Positions 50,644 to 61,279 are shown, counted from the first letter of the stretch. The stretch: DNA of 64,000 nt from Candidatus Delongbacteria bacterium (GCA_963663545.1 OY760505.1:992001-1056000), one strand, 5' to 3'. Made by a program: numbers and translations. The notes: generated by a model not told the origin, from the letters alone.

Positions 50644-51348
50644 TCACAACAAATCGTAGGAGATTTCCCGCACAAGCTCCAGCTCATGCGGCGAGACAGA
50701 AGCCTGCCAAACCATCAACTCCACGCCACGTGATACAGCCTCCTTTAATGCAGTGGCGTAGGCAGGATCAATGTCTGTCGCCGGTCGAAAGCGATCTGCG
50801 TCCTCGCGCATCGCAACAAAAAGAACGACTGCACGATGACCTTGTATCACCATCTGCTCCAGCTCGCGCATGTGCTTACGTGCCCGCTGACTTGGTGCAT
50901 CCGGAAAAGCCAAAGTGCCCTCTTCCGTAAGCAGTGTCACGCTCTTCACTTCGACGTAACACAAAGCACCGTTCGCATCGCAACCAAGAAGATCGATTCG
51001 GCTGTCTTCTCCGTAGTTCACTTCCCGTCGCCACTCTGAGTATTGGCGCAGTGCAGCAATGCGGCCAGCGCGCAAGGCTTCCTCGGCAAGCTGGTTGGCG
51101 CGTAGCGTGTTCACTACTATAAGAGAACTGCCTGCATCGACCAATTCCAGTGTATGCGAGAGTTTTCGCCGAGGATTGTTACTACAACTTACCCAGGCTG
51201 GCCAGCGCTCGCCGAGGCACGAAGTCATCCTTCCGCTGTTGGGGACATGCACGGTCATTGTTGTACCATCGGCCGTCAACACATCCGCCAGAAATCGCTT
51301 GTAGCGCCGAAGGAGTGTCACGGATTCGAGAGGTGAATCAAAGCGCAT
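50644..51348 (-). CDS. sfsA: Sugar fermentation stimulation protein SfsA (PD-(D/E)xK nuclease family)
   Basis: RYKRFLADV, HVPNSGRM, EVNYG..SRIDL, VEVKSVTL, FPDAP..RARKH..EL. Confidence 0.92.
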   Translation of the reverse strand: MRFDSPLESVTLLRRYKRFLADVLTADGTTMTVHVPNSGRMTSCLGERWPAWVSCSNNPRRKLSHTLELVDAGSSLIVVNTLRANQLAEEALRAGRIAALRQYSEWRREVNYGEDSRIDLLGCDANGALCYVEVKSVTLLTEEGTLAFPDAPSQRARKHMRELEQMVIQGHRAVVLFVAMREDADRFRPATDIDPAYATALKEAVSRGVELMVWQASVSPHELELVREISYDLL

Positions 51349-51703
51349 CCCCCGCCTCCGGTAGCAATTCTTCGAGCAAAACCAAGGCTCTGCGCAGGTG
51401 AGGAATGGTAATTGTCCCGCCAACAAGCTGGGCGATTTCGAAAGCATCCAACAATTGCTCTCGCGAATAGCCCGCATCAACACAATTTGCCAGGTGGTAG
51501 TGAATGCAGTCATCACACCGCAAGACCATGCTGGCCACTAGTCCCAATAGTTCTTTGGTGGTCGCGCTCAAGGCTCCATCTAGGTAGGCACGATGGTCCT
51601 GTGCCAGCATGCGTTTTATTCCCAGATTGGCCCTTGCTTGATAGCGCTCCTGAAGTTCCGCACGCTCACGCACCCAAGCCTCGTGAGATTTTCCTGTAGA
51701 CAC
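51338..51703 (-). CDS. Carboxymuconolactone decarboxylase / AhpD-like protein
   Basis: GALSATTKELLGLVASMVLRCDDCIHYH; GTG 51703 follows AGGAGG. Confidence 0.85.
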   Translation of the reverse strand: MSTGKSHEAWVRERAELQERYQARANLGIKRMLAQDHRAYLDGALSATTKELLGLVASMVLRCDDCIHYHLANCVDAGYSREQLLDAFEIAQLVGGTITIPHLRRALVLLEELLPEAGDAL

Positions 51704-51878
51704 GATCTGGCCTCCTGACAACTCTTTGTGTCACATGAGGATAGCATTTGGTACCCGTCGGCACGGGGCAAAAGCTGCAGCCCTCACAACAAGGGAGCAA
51801 TTTCCTCGTTGAAAGACTACTTTAGGCCTTCAGAACTTCGGGAGTTCTGCCGATACCGCTGAGGTCTGAATACGAGGA

Positions 51879-52208
51879 ATGGCCGTGCATACATCCACTG
51901 AAACCTTCATCCAGCTTTGCCGCATGTTGACACGCCTCATGGAAGCATGTCCTCGCGCAGAGTTGGCCGCCAGCCGCGAGCGGATCCTGAGCGAGCTGAC
52001 CGCAGAACTTAGCCGGGAAGGCATCGTCTTCGACCGTCAATTGGCGGGCGAGATCTTCGACCAACTGAAAGACGACCCCAGCCTTCAGGCGCCGGGACGC
52101 GAAACCGATGGCATTCGACGCCGCGTGCTTAATCGCGACTACTTCAGCGAACAGGTCATGGATACGCTAAGCGACCGGCTGTTAGCCGCGCTATCCAATG
52201 TGGTCTAA
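51879..52208 (+). CDS. Hypothetical protein (109 aa)
   Basis: GAGGA RBS, helical composition, followed by a terminator. Confidence 0.6.
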   Translation: MAVHTSTETFIQLCRMLTRLMEACPRAELAASRERILSELTAELSREGIVFDRQLAGEIFDQLKDDPSLQAPGRETDGIRRRVLNRDYFSEQVMDTLSDRLLAALSNVV

Positions 52209-52231
52209 GGGCAGACAACCAGCCAATGCAG

Positions 52232-52262
52232 ACGGCCCCGCGGGGCCGTTTTCAGTTTTTCT
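52232..52262 (+). terminator. Intrinsic terminator
   Basis: Perfect palindrome ACGGCCCCGCGGGGCCGT followed by TTTCAGTTTTT. Confidence 0.75.
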
Positions 52263-52386
52263 TGTTATTACCAAGCGAATTGCAAGTTCTGCAGAATTCC
52301 TAGTTTGATTGGGCAAATGCCTGCTTGAGGCACCGTTCATTCCGAGCAGGAATAGGCGCGGAGAGATCCGCACAAGCGAGGACTGC

Positions 52387-53163
52387 ATGGAAGAAAACTC
52401 CCACTGGCACAAAGACTGGTTTGAAGAAGCGTATGCAACCGTATATGCTCATCGCGATCCGGACGAAGCACAGCGCGCGCTGTTATCGCTGGCCAAACAC
52501 GCCAGCTTGCGCCCCGACGCCAAGGGAGATCGCGTGTTGGACCTGGGCTGTGGCGCTGGCCGCTACAGCATTCAACTAGCCTCCATGGGCTTTCATGTGT
52601 TGGCCCTCGACTACTCCATGTTCCTGCTTCGGCAGGCTCAAGCGAGCACGAAGCTGCCGTCCTCACAAGCTCCAACCTGGCTGCGCGGAAACTTCCATCA
52701 GCTTCCGCTTCGTGGCGGCTTCGACTGGGTGCTATCGCTGTTTACAAGTTTCGGCTACTGCGAGCGTGATACGGACAATGAAGCGCAACTTTCTGCCATG
52801 GCGGATTTGCTTGCACCGGGTGGCCGCTTGCTGATTGACTATCTCAATCCGCAAGCACTTCGCAAGGGACTAGTGCCCAGAAGTCAACGACACAACGGCG
52901 GTACCACAGTCGAGGAGACACGCTGCATCCGCGAGGATCTGAACATGGTGGAGAAACAAATTCGCTACTTCCCCACAGAGGGCCGCAATCCCAAAAACAC
53001 CGGCCACGGCGTTGAGCGCGTCAAACTCTATGAACCCGATTGGTTTGTAACACGACTGCCGCAACTAAGGCTACAACTTCATCTTGGCGATCTGGAAGGC
53101 TCACCCTGGAGCCCCGAAAGTGCGCGCAGTATTCTTGTTTTTTCCAGGGAGGCCCAATGCTGA
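52387..53163 (+). CDS. Class I SAM-dependent methyltransferase
   Basis: VLDLGCGAGR motif I, ALDYS, FDWVLSLFTSFGY, LAPGGRLLID; overlaps the bshC start. Confidence 0.88.
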   Translation: MEENSHWHKDWFEEAYATVYAHRDPDEAQRALLSLAKHASLRPDAKGDRVLDLGCGAGRYSIQLASMGFHVLALDYSMFLLRQAQASTKLPSSQAPTWLRGNFHQLPLRGGFDWVLSLFTSFGYCERDTDNEAQLSAMADLLAPGGRLLIDYLNPQALRKGLVPRSQRHNGGTTVEETRCIREDLNMVEKQIRYFPTEGRNPKNTGHGVERVKLYEPDWFVTRLPQLRLQLHLGDLEGSPWSPESARSILVFSREAQC

Positions 53164-54614
53164 AAGAAAGTCCTGAATCAGCCCTTTTGGACAAACGCCG
53201 TCGATTGGCAGAGCTGATTTCAGCACAAACGCCTACCCCCTGCGACGCAGAAACGGCGGCGATGGAGCGGCTGCGCAACCCTGACTCTTTAGTTCTGATC
53301 ACCGGTCAGCAATGCGGATTGATGCTTGGGCCCGCACTGGTGCTTTACAAGACGCTCGATCTCCTGCGTGTATCACGCAGCCTTTCATCTCCAACCGTTT
53401 GCGTGTTCTGGATGGAGGGTAACGATCACGACTGGGCCGAAGCCGCACGCCTGCATTTACCGGGCCGCCGCATTGTATATGAGCAGAGCACAGAGTCTGC
53501 CGGATGCAGCGTCGGTCATCTTCCGCTGAGCGAAGAAACGCGGGCAGACGCCGTATCACAATTTGAGAACAGCCTTGGCGCCTATCCATGCGTAGAACTA
53601 GGACAGATTCGTGATACACTTCTTCAAGCGAAGGATTTGGCAGATCAATTTCGTCACTACATGAGGAGGATCTTCGCGCATCATGGTCTGCTATTGCTGG
53701 ATCCTTCTGATCCCGATGCGCGCGAACTGGCAGTTCCCTTCTGGACAGCGCTCGCAGATAATGCGAATCAGCTGAAGGAGGCACTTGTATCACAAACAGA
53801 AGTGCTTCGCTCACAAGGCCAACGAATTCAAGTTGAAATCGATTCGAGGGCCGATTTCTTCGTGGAAGACCAGTGGGGAAAACGTGTCCGGCCTGAAGTA
53901 GCAAAACTGCCAAAGGATGTTCGACGTGTTACACCCACCGTGCTCACGCGGCCGTTACTTCAGGACTGGCTGTGTGATACATGGCTAACTGTCCTCGGAC
54001 CAGGAGAAATGTCTTATCAGCTGCAGTTGGATCTTGCCTACGAAGCACTTGGTCTTTGCCGACCACACCGGATGCCGCGCACACACATACAATTGCAGTT
54101 GCGTGAGGATCGCGATACTCTCCTGCGCTACGGCATTCCAGTCGAAGAGCCGCCGCGCCCGGGTTCACCCTGGCCGGAGCACCTGCTGGCGCAGTTCCCC
54201 GGTGCTCGCAAAGGAATAGCGGATCGCGACCAATTGGAACACCTCGCCAGTGAACTAGAAGACCTCACAGAGAGACGATCAACAGAATACAGACGTCCGG
54301 ATTTGCTCACACAAAGCGAAAAAGTATCACGCCAGATTCGCCAGCTCGGTGACCGCCTACTGCAGGCAGGGCAGCAGATCCACAAAGTCGAGTTACGCAG
54401 TCTGCAAGAGCGCTGTGCGTGGTTGGATCACAAGGACCATCCGCAAGAACGACAGATCAACGCACTCGCACTGCTCTGTCGCATGGGTGGAATTAAAGTC
54501 GTTGATCTGCTGCTGGAAGGGCTTCCGCCTGTGGATCTTACTCATCTGACAACGCCGCTTGCTGCGCGTGTCACACTGGACCTCGATCCGCTGCGGATCA
54601 CAGACTTGGAGTAG
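53157..54614 (+). CDS. bshC: Bacillithiol biosynthesis cysteine-adding enzyme BshC
   Basis: ITGQQxGL..GP...YK, FWMEGNDHDW.E, RPLLQD, GPGEMSY, PQER..N; adjacent to bshB1 and bshA. Confidence 0.85.
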   Translation: MLKESPESALLDKRRRLAELISAQTPTPCDAETAAMERLRNPDSLVLITGQQCGLMLGPALVLYKTLDLLRVSRSLSSPTVCVFWMEGNDHDWAEAARLHLPGRRIVYEQSTESAGCSVGHLPLSEETRADAVSQFENSLGAYPCVELGQIRDTLLQAKDLADQFRHYMRRIFAHHGLLLLDPSDPDARELAVPFWTALADNANQLKEALVSQTEVLRSQGQRIQVEIDSRADFFVEDQWGKRVRPEVAKLPKDVRRVTPTVLTRPLLQDWLCDTWLTVLGPGEMSYQLQLDLAYEALGLCRPHRMPRTHIQLQLREDRDTLLRYGIPVEEPPRPGSPWPEHLLAQFPGARKGIADRDQLEHLASELEDLTERRSTEYRRPDLLTQSEKVSRQIRQLGDRLLQAGQQIHKVELRSLQERCAWLDHKDHPQERQINALALLCRMGGIKVVDLLLEGLPPVDLTHLTTPLAARVTLDLDPLRITDLE

Positions 54615-54616
54615 AA

Positions 54617-55333
54617 ATGGAAACACCTCCCGCATTGGACATGTTGGCCTTTGGCCCACATCCGGATGATGTGGAAATCTGCTGTGCCGGCACGCTGCTA
54701 AAGTGCAAAGCTCAAGGCTACAAGGTGGGCATTGTCGATCTGACGGCTGGCGAAATGGGAACCCGGGGCAGCCGAGAAATCCGCTCAGCCGAAGCGGCTG
54801 CTGCTACCCGTGTGCTGAATCTGGATTTCAGAGAATGCCTCGATCTTGGCGATGGTCGTTTGCGTGATACATACGAAAACCAAGTGGCCGTTGTCCGCGT
54901 GTTACGTGCCTGCAAACCGCAGCTGGTTCTGATACCCTGGAAGATCGACGATCATCCCGATCACGAACACGCTGCCGCAATTATCAAAGCAGCCTGTTTC
55001 ATGTCTGGAATGGCTCGTCTTGATACTGGACAACCACACCATCGCCCGGCGCGGATTTTGTATTACGCGGCCCGACGAGAGTTCCACCCCAGTCTGGTGG
55101 TCGATGTCAGCGAGTACTGGCCCAAGCGTGAAGAGGCTGCCCGTTGCTACCGCAGTCAGTTGTACGATCCGAGCAGCACGGAACCGCAAACCAAGATTGC
55201 CTCACCTGACTTCTGGCACCACATTACAGGACGCGCCATGTATTACGGACAACTCATCGGTGTGCGCTACGGCGAAGGCTTTTACTGTGAAGATGTCCTG
55301 CCCGTCAACGACCTGATCAGCACTCTGGCCTGA
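54617..55333 (+). CDS. bshB1: N-acetylglucosaminyl-malate deacetylase BshB1
   Basis: GPHPDDVE, DLTAGEMGTRG, DHPDH (LmbE/PIG-L fold), YGEGF. Confidence 0.92.
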   Translation: METPPALDMLAFGPHPDDVEICCAGTLLKCKAQGYKVGIVDLTAGEMGTRGSREIRSAEAAAATRVLNLDFRECLDLGDGRLRDTYENQVAVVRVLRACKPQLVLIPWKIDDHPDHEHAAAIIKAACFMSGMARLDTGQPHHRPARILYYAARREFHPSLVVDVSEYWPKREEAARCYRSQLYDPSSTEPQTKIASPDFWHHITGRAMYYGQLIGVRYGEGFYCEDVLPVNDLISTLA

Positions 55334-55343
55334 GGAGAAACGC

Positions 55344-56456
55344 ATGAACATCGGCATCTGCTGTTATCCCAGTGCGGGCGGAAGCGGAGTGGTAGCAACC
55401 GAGCTTGGCATTGAGTTGGCTGCGCGCGGACACAGTGTGCACTTCATCAGCTACCGCAGGCCCTTCCGGCTGGATCGGCTGTATCCCGGTCTCTACTTTC
55501 ATCAAGTGGAAGTGAGCGAATACCCACTTTTCGAGTACCCGCCGTACAGCCTGGCACTGGCATCGAAGATTGTCGATGTAGCACAGCACGCTGGCCTGGA
55601 TCTGATTCACGCTCATTACGCTGTGCCACACGCTGTTTCCGCCTGGATGGCCAGTGAGATGCTTGGCAAGCAGCTTCCAACCGTCACAACCTTGCACGGC
55701 ACGGACATCACGCTGGTCGGGCAAACACAAGGGTATCTTCCCGTGACACAATTCGCTCTGCGTCACGCAGGAGCCCTGACGGCGGTCAGCAATTTTCTGA
55801 CAGACAAAACCAGGGAAGTGTTCGGTGCCGATTTGAGCATATGCCGCATCTACAACTTCGTTGACGTAGACCGCTTCGCTCCCCGCGCCAATCCTGAGTT
55901 GCGCTCCCGGTTTGCGGCACCCGATGCAGCACTATTGCTTCATGTCTCCAACTTTCGGCCTGTAAAACAGGTACACCGGGTCATTGAGGCCTTCGCGCAG
56001 ATTCAGGCCAAGCATCCCGCGCGTTTGTTGCTGGCTGGAATGGGTCCCGAGCGAAACGCGATGAAAATGCTCGCCCAGGAGCTTGGAGTGGAAAGCCGCG
56101 TTGAGTTCCTTGGAAATCAGGAAACCGTCACGGATCTAATGTCCATCGCCGACTTGTTCTTGCTGCCTTCAACCACGGAGAGTTTCGGTTTGGCGGCTCT
56201 AGAAGCCATGAGCTGCGGTGTTCCAGTTGTAGCCTCTCGCGTTGGCGGTCTGCCCGAATTGATTCAGCACGGCGAGAATGGCTATCTCTGTGATGCGACG
56301 GATTCCTCCGCATTTTCCCTGGCCAGCCTTGAACTGCTGCGTGATCCTGACTTGTACAAGCGCTTCAGCGAAGCTGCCCGTGCCACTGCCGTTGATCGTT
56401 TCACAATCCCGAAGATCCTGCCCGAGTATCTGGAGCTATACGAAAGCCTGCTTTGA
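55344..56456 (+). CDS. bshA: N-acetyl-alpha-D-glucosaminyl L-malate synthase BshA
   Basis: [66 protein letters not shown]. Confidence 0.96.
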   Translation: MNIGICCYPSAGGSGVVATELGIELAARGHSVHFISYRRPFRLDRLYPGLYFHQVEVSEYPLFEYPPYSLALASKIVDVAQHAGLDLIHAHYAVPHAVSAWMASEMLGKQLPTVTTLHGTDITLVGQTQGYLPVTQFALRHAGALTAVSNFLTDKTREVFGADLSICRIYNFVDVDRFAPRANPELRSRFAAPDAALLLHVSNFRPVKQVHRVIEAFAQIQAKHPARLLLAGMGPERNAMKMLAQELGVESRVEFLGNQETVTDLMSIADLFLLPSTTESFGLAALEAMSCGVPVVASRVGGLPELIQHGENGYLCDATDSSAFSLASLELLRDPDLYKRFSEAARATAVDRFTIPKILPEYLELYESLL

Positions 56457-56577
56457 AGTAAAGCTTCACCAGGAATTCGTATTCGGCTTTCACCAGATCA
56501 CACGATCTTTCTTACCTTGTGGGGTCCTGTGATGCTGATTTCAGTCGCAGGATCGGGGGAAGAACGAGGAGACCTGA

Positions 56578-57909
56578 ATGGCAGGGACCATTCAGCCGAG
56601 AATTTACAACGGCACACGCGACATTCTACCCGCTCAAATGTTGCAGCGGGAGCGTCTTCTATCTGCAATGAGACGCTCATTCCAGCTCTACGGGTTCGCT
56701 CCAGTGGAAACTCCAGCGATGGAGTATCTGGAAATCCTATTAGGTAAGTATGGCGACGAAGAGCAGCTGATCTACAAGCTTGATTATCGCAACGATCAGC
56801 CCGATCGCCGTCTGGCGCTGCGCTATGATCTTACGGTACCGCTGGCCAGATTGGTGGCCATGAACGCCGACCTGCCCATGCCCTTCAAGCGCTACCAGTT
56901 CCAACCCGTCTGGCGGGCCGACCGACCCCAGCCGCACCAGGGGCGATTTCGCGAGTTCATGCAGTGCGATCTGGATACCGTGGGCAGTGCCAGTCTGATG
57001 TCCGATGCGGAGATTCTGGCTGCAGCAGCTGAGCTGATGAAGTCTCTGCAGCTCCCCGGCTTCGTGATACGCGTCAACCACCGTCGCCTGCTTTCTGCTA
57101 TGGTTGATGCAGCTGGCCTACCGCTTGAGCAAGAAAGCGCTGTCTGCGCCTCCATTGACAAGCTGGACAAGGTCGGCCTTGAAGGTGTTGCCGCCGAACT
57201 CGAGAAGCGCGGCATTCCCGGCGCGGCGAAAGAATCGATCCTGGAGCTGCTGGGACGCGAGGTCAGCCTGGGCAAGCTGGACGCGTTGCGAGATCTGGCT
57301 GCAGGTAGCGAAAAGGCCGAGAGCGCGCTTCGTGAGCTTGAAGAACTTTCGTCTTTGTGTCACGGACTTGGTGTCGAGGCCTCACATTTGCGCCTTGACT
57401 TATACCTGGCCCGCGGCCTTTCCTATTACACGGGCCCCATTTTTGAGACGGTTCTGCCCTCGCTTCCCCACATGGGAAGCCTGATGGGTGGTGGTCGCTA
57501 CGACGGCCTGGTGGGCATGTTCCTGGGACGCGATCTGCCAGCAGTGGGTGCCACCATGGGCCTGGATCGCATTCTTGCTGCAATGGAGCAGCTGAAGCTG
57601 CCCACGGCGGCCGCTACGCCCACCCGCTTTCTGATTACACGTTTCTTTGCGGATACCGAGCAGCGCTCACTAGCCCTGGCTGGCGAGTTGCGCGCGCTGG
57701 GTATTCCAACTGAAGTGTATCACGAACGGACCAAGTTAAAGAAGCAGTTCGCCTATGCCGATCGCCGCGGAATCCCCTACGTTCTTACGTTAGGGCCGGA
57801 CGAGGTGAAGGAAGGACTGGTTAACGTGAAACGAATGCAGGATGGACATCAAGAGGCGCTTGCGCTCGATGCCAGCGTCCTGCAGACGATGCTACAGAAT
57901 AGCCAGTGA
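56578..57909 (+). CDS. hisS: Histidine-tRNA ligase
   Basis: GTRD, LRYDLTVPLAR, WRADRPQ..GRFREF.QCD.D, ARGLSYYTG, GGGRYD, anticodon domain. Confidence 0.97.
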   Translation: MAGTIQPRIYNGTRDILPAQMLQRERLLSAMRRSFQLYGFAPVETPAMEYLEILLGKYGDEEQLIYKLDYRNDQPDRRLALRYDLTVPLARLVAMNADLPMPFKRYQFQPVWRADRPQPHQGRFREFMQCDLDTVGSASLMSDAEILAAAAELMKSLQLPGFVIRVNHRRLLSAMVDAAGLPLEQESAVCASIDKLDKVGLEGVAAELEKRGIPGAAKESILELLGREVSLGKLDALRDLAAGSEKAESALRELEELSSLCHGLGVEASHLRLDLYLARGLSYYTGPIFETVLPSLPHMGSLMGGGRYDGLVGMFLGRDLPAVGATMGLDRILAAMEQLKLPTAAATPTRFLITRFFADTEQRSLALAGELRALGIPTEVYHERTKLKKQFAYADRRGIPYVLTLGPDEVKEGLVNVKRMQDGHQEALALDASVLQTMLQNSQ

Positions 57910-58089
57910 TAAATTTGTCACAGGGATACGTTCTCACTGGCGCTTTTGCTTTGGCTTTCTACATTGAAAGATAATCTTAAGGTTGCTTGAACAGTTCGCC
58001 ACAACTGAATCAACCTAAAACCATTCAGGTTGGGGGCAGAGTCGGAAAGACGGAACGGCGCTAGCTCCCCTGAAAGACAGGAGTACCCG

Positions 58090-61000
58090 ATGAAGAAACT
58101 GCTTGTGGCCAGTCTTGTGTTGAGCGTGGCTGGTGCTTATGCTGCTTCCACTGATCTGGGTCAGCAGTCGCACTCGGCCAAGCCTTCTGCGAATCATAAT
58201 CTCGTTTCGCAGACTGGAAATCAGACCGCAGTCGTGACGAAAGAACAGGCTGTCTCGCGTGTCAGCGAGACACGTCAGCTGACCGCCGAAATGAAGCTCT
58301 ATTTTGAACTGAAAGAGCGCGGTTCCAGCATCCCGACATGGCTGCACGAGGCCCTTTTCCCGCAGAATGCTGAATCTCACGGTCTTCGTACCGGAGGCGA
58401 CAGTAGTGCAGATGCTACTGCCATAACATTCACCGTTGGCGAAGTTTGGAGTGATGACGGCGCAACGACCGACATGACCGATGCCTTGACTCACGATGAC
58501 GTAGTGGCACCGACGAGCTGCACCTCCACCATTTACACGAGTTCTTATGTCGCACCGGATGCATGGTACAGCTTCACCCTTGACGGTGAGTACCTGGTCT
58601 CTGCAAGTACTTGCGATGCCGACATGGCTACCTTTGATACCGTGTTGGCGATTCTTGATGGCGACTTGAATGCAGTCGCTATCAACGATGATGGTGAGAA
58701 TGGCGACACTGACTGTGGTATCCACAGCTACATTGCACCCTGCACCCTGCCCGCTGGTGACTATTATCTGGTCGTTGACGGTTACAACAATGCCTCCGGC
58801 GACTACACAATTGAGCTATTGGTTGACAATCCCTGCGAAGATTTCGACTGCACTGGTATCGACAACGAAGATGAGGGTATCTATACAGGTGCCGAGGGCG
58901 ACGTAACCAACGGTGGTTGCAATGTGACTCCGCCAGTCTTCATGGATCTTGCTCCCAATGGTGAATACTGCGGCACCTTCTTCACTTTTGAAACAGAAGA
59001 AGGCAGTAGTCGTGACATGGACTGGTTCGAGTTCACGCTGACTGAAGACAGCAACGTGTACTTCACTGGCTTCTCTTGCGGCTCTTACCTCATGTTATTG
59101 ATCGATGACAATTGCGGCGACGACCTTACCATCCTAGAGGACATTACATGCCCGATGGGCGAGGCGACTCTGGATTGCGGCGATATGTTCGCTGGCACCT
59201 ATCGCTTCGTTATCGCCCCTTCGGCTTTTACGGGCATGCCCGATGAAGTTAGCTGGCACTTTGAAATGACAGCTACTCCGGTCACCATTGAGAACCCCTG
59301 TGAGACAGCGCAGGAATTGACTTGCGGCTCTACCCTTACTGGTACAAACGTTGGTGCCGTGAACTACGTTGGAAATGCTGCTGGCGACGTTTTCTACTAC
59401 TTCACGCTGGAGAATGCAGGGTTAGTCGAGATCAACCTCTGCGACGCAAGTACAGATTACGACAGCTATCTGCGATTGTACGACGACTGCCCGATTAGTG
59501 GCGGCACCCAGTTGGCTTATGACGATGACGGCCCCACTTGCGAAGTGGATACAGCTCCTTATGAGCCTTCCGCCATCGAGAATGTGATGCTTGAAGCTGG
59601 AACCTACTGGATTGTGGTTGAAGGTCTGGGTGAGAACGAGGGTAACTTCGGTGTAAACCTTACTTGCTCCGATCCCTGCGAACCCTACGACTGCACCGGT
59701 CTGGACAACGAGGACGAAGGTTACTACACCGATGAGGACGTGACCAACGGTGGTTGCAACCTCGACAATCCGGTTTTCAGCAACATCGACTGCGACGGCG
59801 AAGTTTGCGGTACAATGTTCACCTACATCACCGGTGAAGGCACTGAAACTCGTGACATGGACTGGTTTGAGTTCACTCTGCTTGAGGACGCTTCTGTGAC
59901 CTTCAACGGTTATGCTTGCGGCGTCTACAACATGTGGGTTCTTGACAACTGCGACAATCTGTCTACCCTTGGCAGTGCCACCAACCAGTACGGTGCGGGC
60001 ACTGTTACGGCTGGACCGCTCTACGCTGGCAGCTACCTGTTCATCATTGCACCGGCTGGCTACACTGGCATGGCCGATGAGACCGTGTGGCACGTTGACA
60101 TGACCTGCACACCCGAGAACATCGAGAACCCCTGCGACAATGCCACTGAGATCACCTGTGGTGAGACCTATGCCGGCAGCACCGTCGGCAACATGAACTA
60201 TGTCGGCAACAACGCTGGTGATGCCTTCTTCACCTTCACAATGACAGCGGCTGGCCTGGTCTCCTTCGATCTGTGCGATGCCGGTACCGATTACGACACT
60301 TACCTGAGTCTGTATAGCGGTTGCCCCGTTGACGGTGGTACACTGGTAGGCAGCAACGATGATGGCCCCGACTGCGAAGTCAGCAGTGCCGAGTACCCGC
60401 CCTCCTATCTTGAAGTCGAGCTTACCGCAGGTACCTATTACGTGGTGGTTGACGGCTTCAGCGACAACGAGGGTAACTACGTCCTGCATTTCGATTGTGA
60501 CGATCCTTGCCAGCCCTACGACTGCACGGGTCTTCCCGAAGAAGGCGAAGGCTACTACACCGATGAGGACGTGACCAATGGTGGTTGCAACCTCGACACC
60601 CCGATCTTCAGCGAGCTCGCTTGTCACGCTGAAATCTGCGGTACCTTCTTCACCTACGTCACCGGTGAAGGCACTGAAACCCGTGACATGGACTGGTACG
60701 AGATCACCCCGCTGAATGATGAGACCATCACCTTCACGGGCCACGCTTGTGTCACCTACAACATGTGGATCATTGACAACTGCAACGATCTGAACGTGTT
60801 GGACTTCACCTCTGGTTATGGCACCCAGACCCTGAGCCTTGAGGTGACTGCCGGTTCCTACATCTGCCTGATCGCCCCTGCCGATTACAGCGGCATGGCT
60901 GATGAAACCGAGTATCACATCGAGCTGGACTGCAGCGTTGGTGTCGAGCAGATCGCCGCTCCGGAGGCCTTCAAGCTCGGCCAGAACTTCCCGAACCCCT

Positions 61001-61227
61001 TCAACCCCACCACCACCATTAGCTGGATTCAGCCCGAGATGGCCAAAGCCACTCTGACGATCCACAACATTCTTGGTGAGGTTGTCGCCGCCTACGATCT
61101 CGGCCAGCGTGATCCTGGTCAGCAGAGCTTCGTGTGGAATGCCAGCGATCTGGCCAGCGGTGTCTACTTGTACACCCTGACCACTGCCGGCAACTCCGCC
61201 ACTTACAAGGCTGTTCTGCTGAAGTAA
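58090..61227 (+). CDS. Large acidic, Cys-rich secreted protein with three tandem two-domain modules (PPC-like + NGGCN domain) and C-terminal T9SS-A-like domain
   Basis: ATG 58090 after AGGAG; three copies each of TNGGCN, RDMDW and G(D/T)Y.(L/I/V)VV(D/E)G; QNFPNPFNPTT...ASGVY...LLK. Confidence 0.82.
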   Translation: MKKLLVASLVLSVAGAYAASTDLGQQSHSAKPSANHNLVSQTGNQTAVVTKEQAVSRVSETRQLTAEMKLYFELKERGSSIPTWLHEALFPQNAESHGLRTGGDSSADATAITFTVGEVWSDDGATTDMTDALTHDDVVAPTSCTSTIYTSSYVAPDAWYSFTLDGEYLVSASTCDADMATFDTVLAILDGDLNAVAINDDGENGDTDCGIHSYIAPCTLPAGDYYLVVDGYNNASGDYTIELLVDNPCEDFDCTGIDNEDEGIYTGAEGDVTNGGCNVTPPVFMDLAPNGEYCGTFFTFETEEGSSRDMDWFEFTLTEDSNVYFTGFSCGSYLMLLIDDNCGDDLTILEDITCPMGEATLDCGDMFAGTYRFVIAPSAFTGMPDEVSWHFEMTATPVTIENPCETAQELTCGSTLTGTNVGAVNYVGNAAGDVFYYFTLENAGLVEINLCDASTDYDSYLRLYDDCPISGGTQLAYDDDGPTCEVDTAPYEPSAIENVMLEAGTYWIVVEGLGENEGNFGVNLTCSDPCEPYDCTGLDNEDEGYYTDEDVTNGGCNLDNPVFSNIDCDGEVCGTMFTYITGEGTETRDMDWFEFTLLEDASVTFNGYACGVYNMWVLDNCDNLSTLGSATNQYGAGTVTAGPLYAGSYLFIIAPAGYTGMADETVWHVDMTCTPENIENPCDNATEITCGETYAGSTVGNMNYVGNNAGDAFFTFTMTAAGLVSFDLCDAGTDYDTYLSLYSGCPVDGGTLVGSNDDGPDCEVSSAEYPPSYLEVELTAGTYYVVVDGFSDNEGNYVLHFDCDDPCQPYDCTGLPEEGEGYYTDEDVTNGGCNLDTPIFSELACHAEICGTFFTYVTGEGTETRDMDWYEITPLNDETITFTGHACVTYNMWIIDNCNDLNVLDFTSGYGTQTLSLEVTAGSYICLIAPADYSGMADETEYHIELDCSVGVEQIAAPEAFKLGQNFPNPFNPTTTISWIQPEMAKATLTIHNILGEVVAAYDLGQRDPGQQSFVWNASDLASGVYLYTLTTAGNSATYKAVLLK
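59719..60700 (+). repeat. Intragenic direct repeats, period 831 bp
   Basis: TACTACACCGATGAGGACGTGACCAAYGGTGGTTGCAACCTCGAC at about 59722 and 60553; TTCACCTACRTCACCGGTGAAGGCACTGAAACYCGTGACATGGACTGGT at about 59818 and 60649. Confidence 0.85.
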
Positions 61228-61251
61228 GCGGACATGGCATCTGCCTTATGC

Positions 61252-61279
61252 AAGGCCCTCGCTTCGGTGAGGGCCTTTT
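61252..61279 (+). terminator. Intrinsic terminator with cUUCGg tetraloop
   Basis: AAGGCCCTCGC-TTCG-GTGAGGGCCTT followed by TT. Confidence 0.85.

Noticed and set aside
59422..61065. 547-aa minus-strand ORF
   Set aside because: Antisense shadow of the repeat-rich secreted protein.
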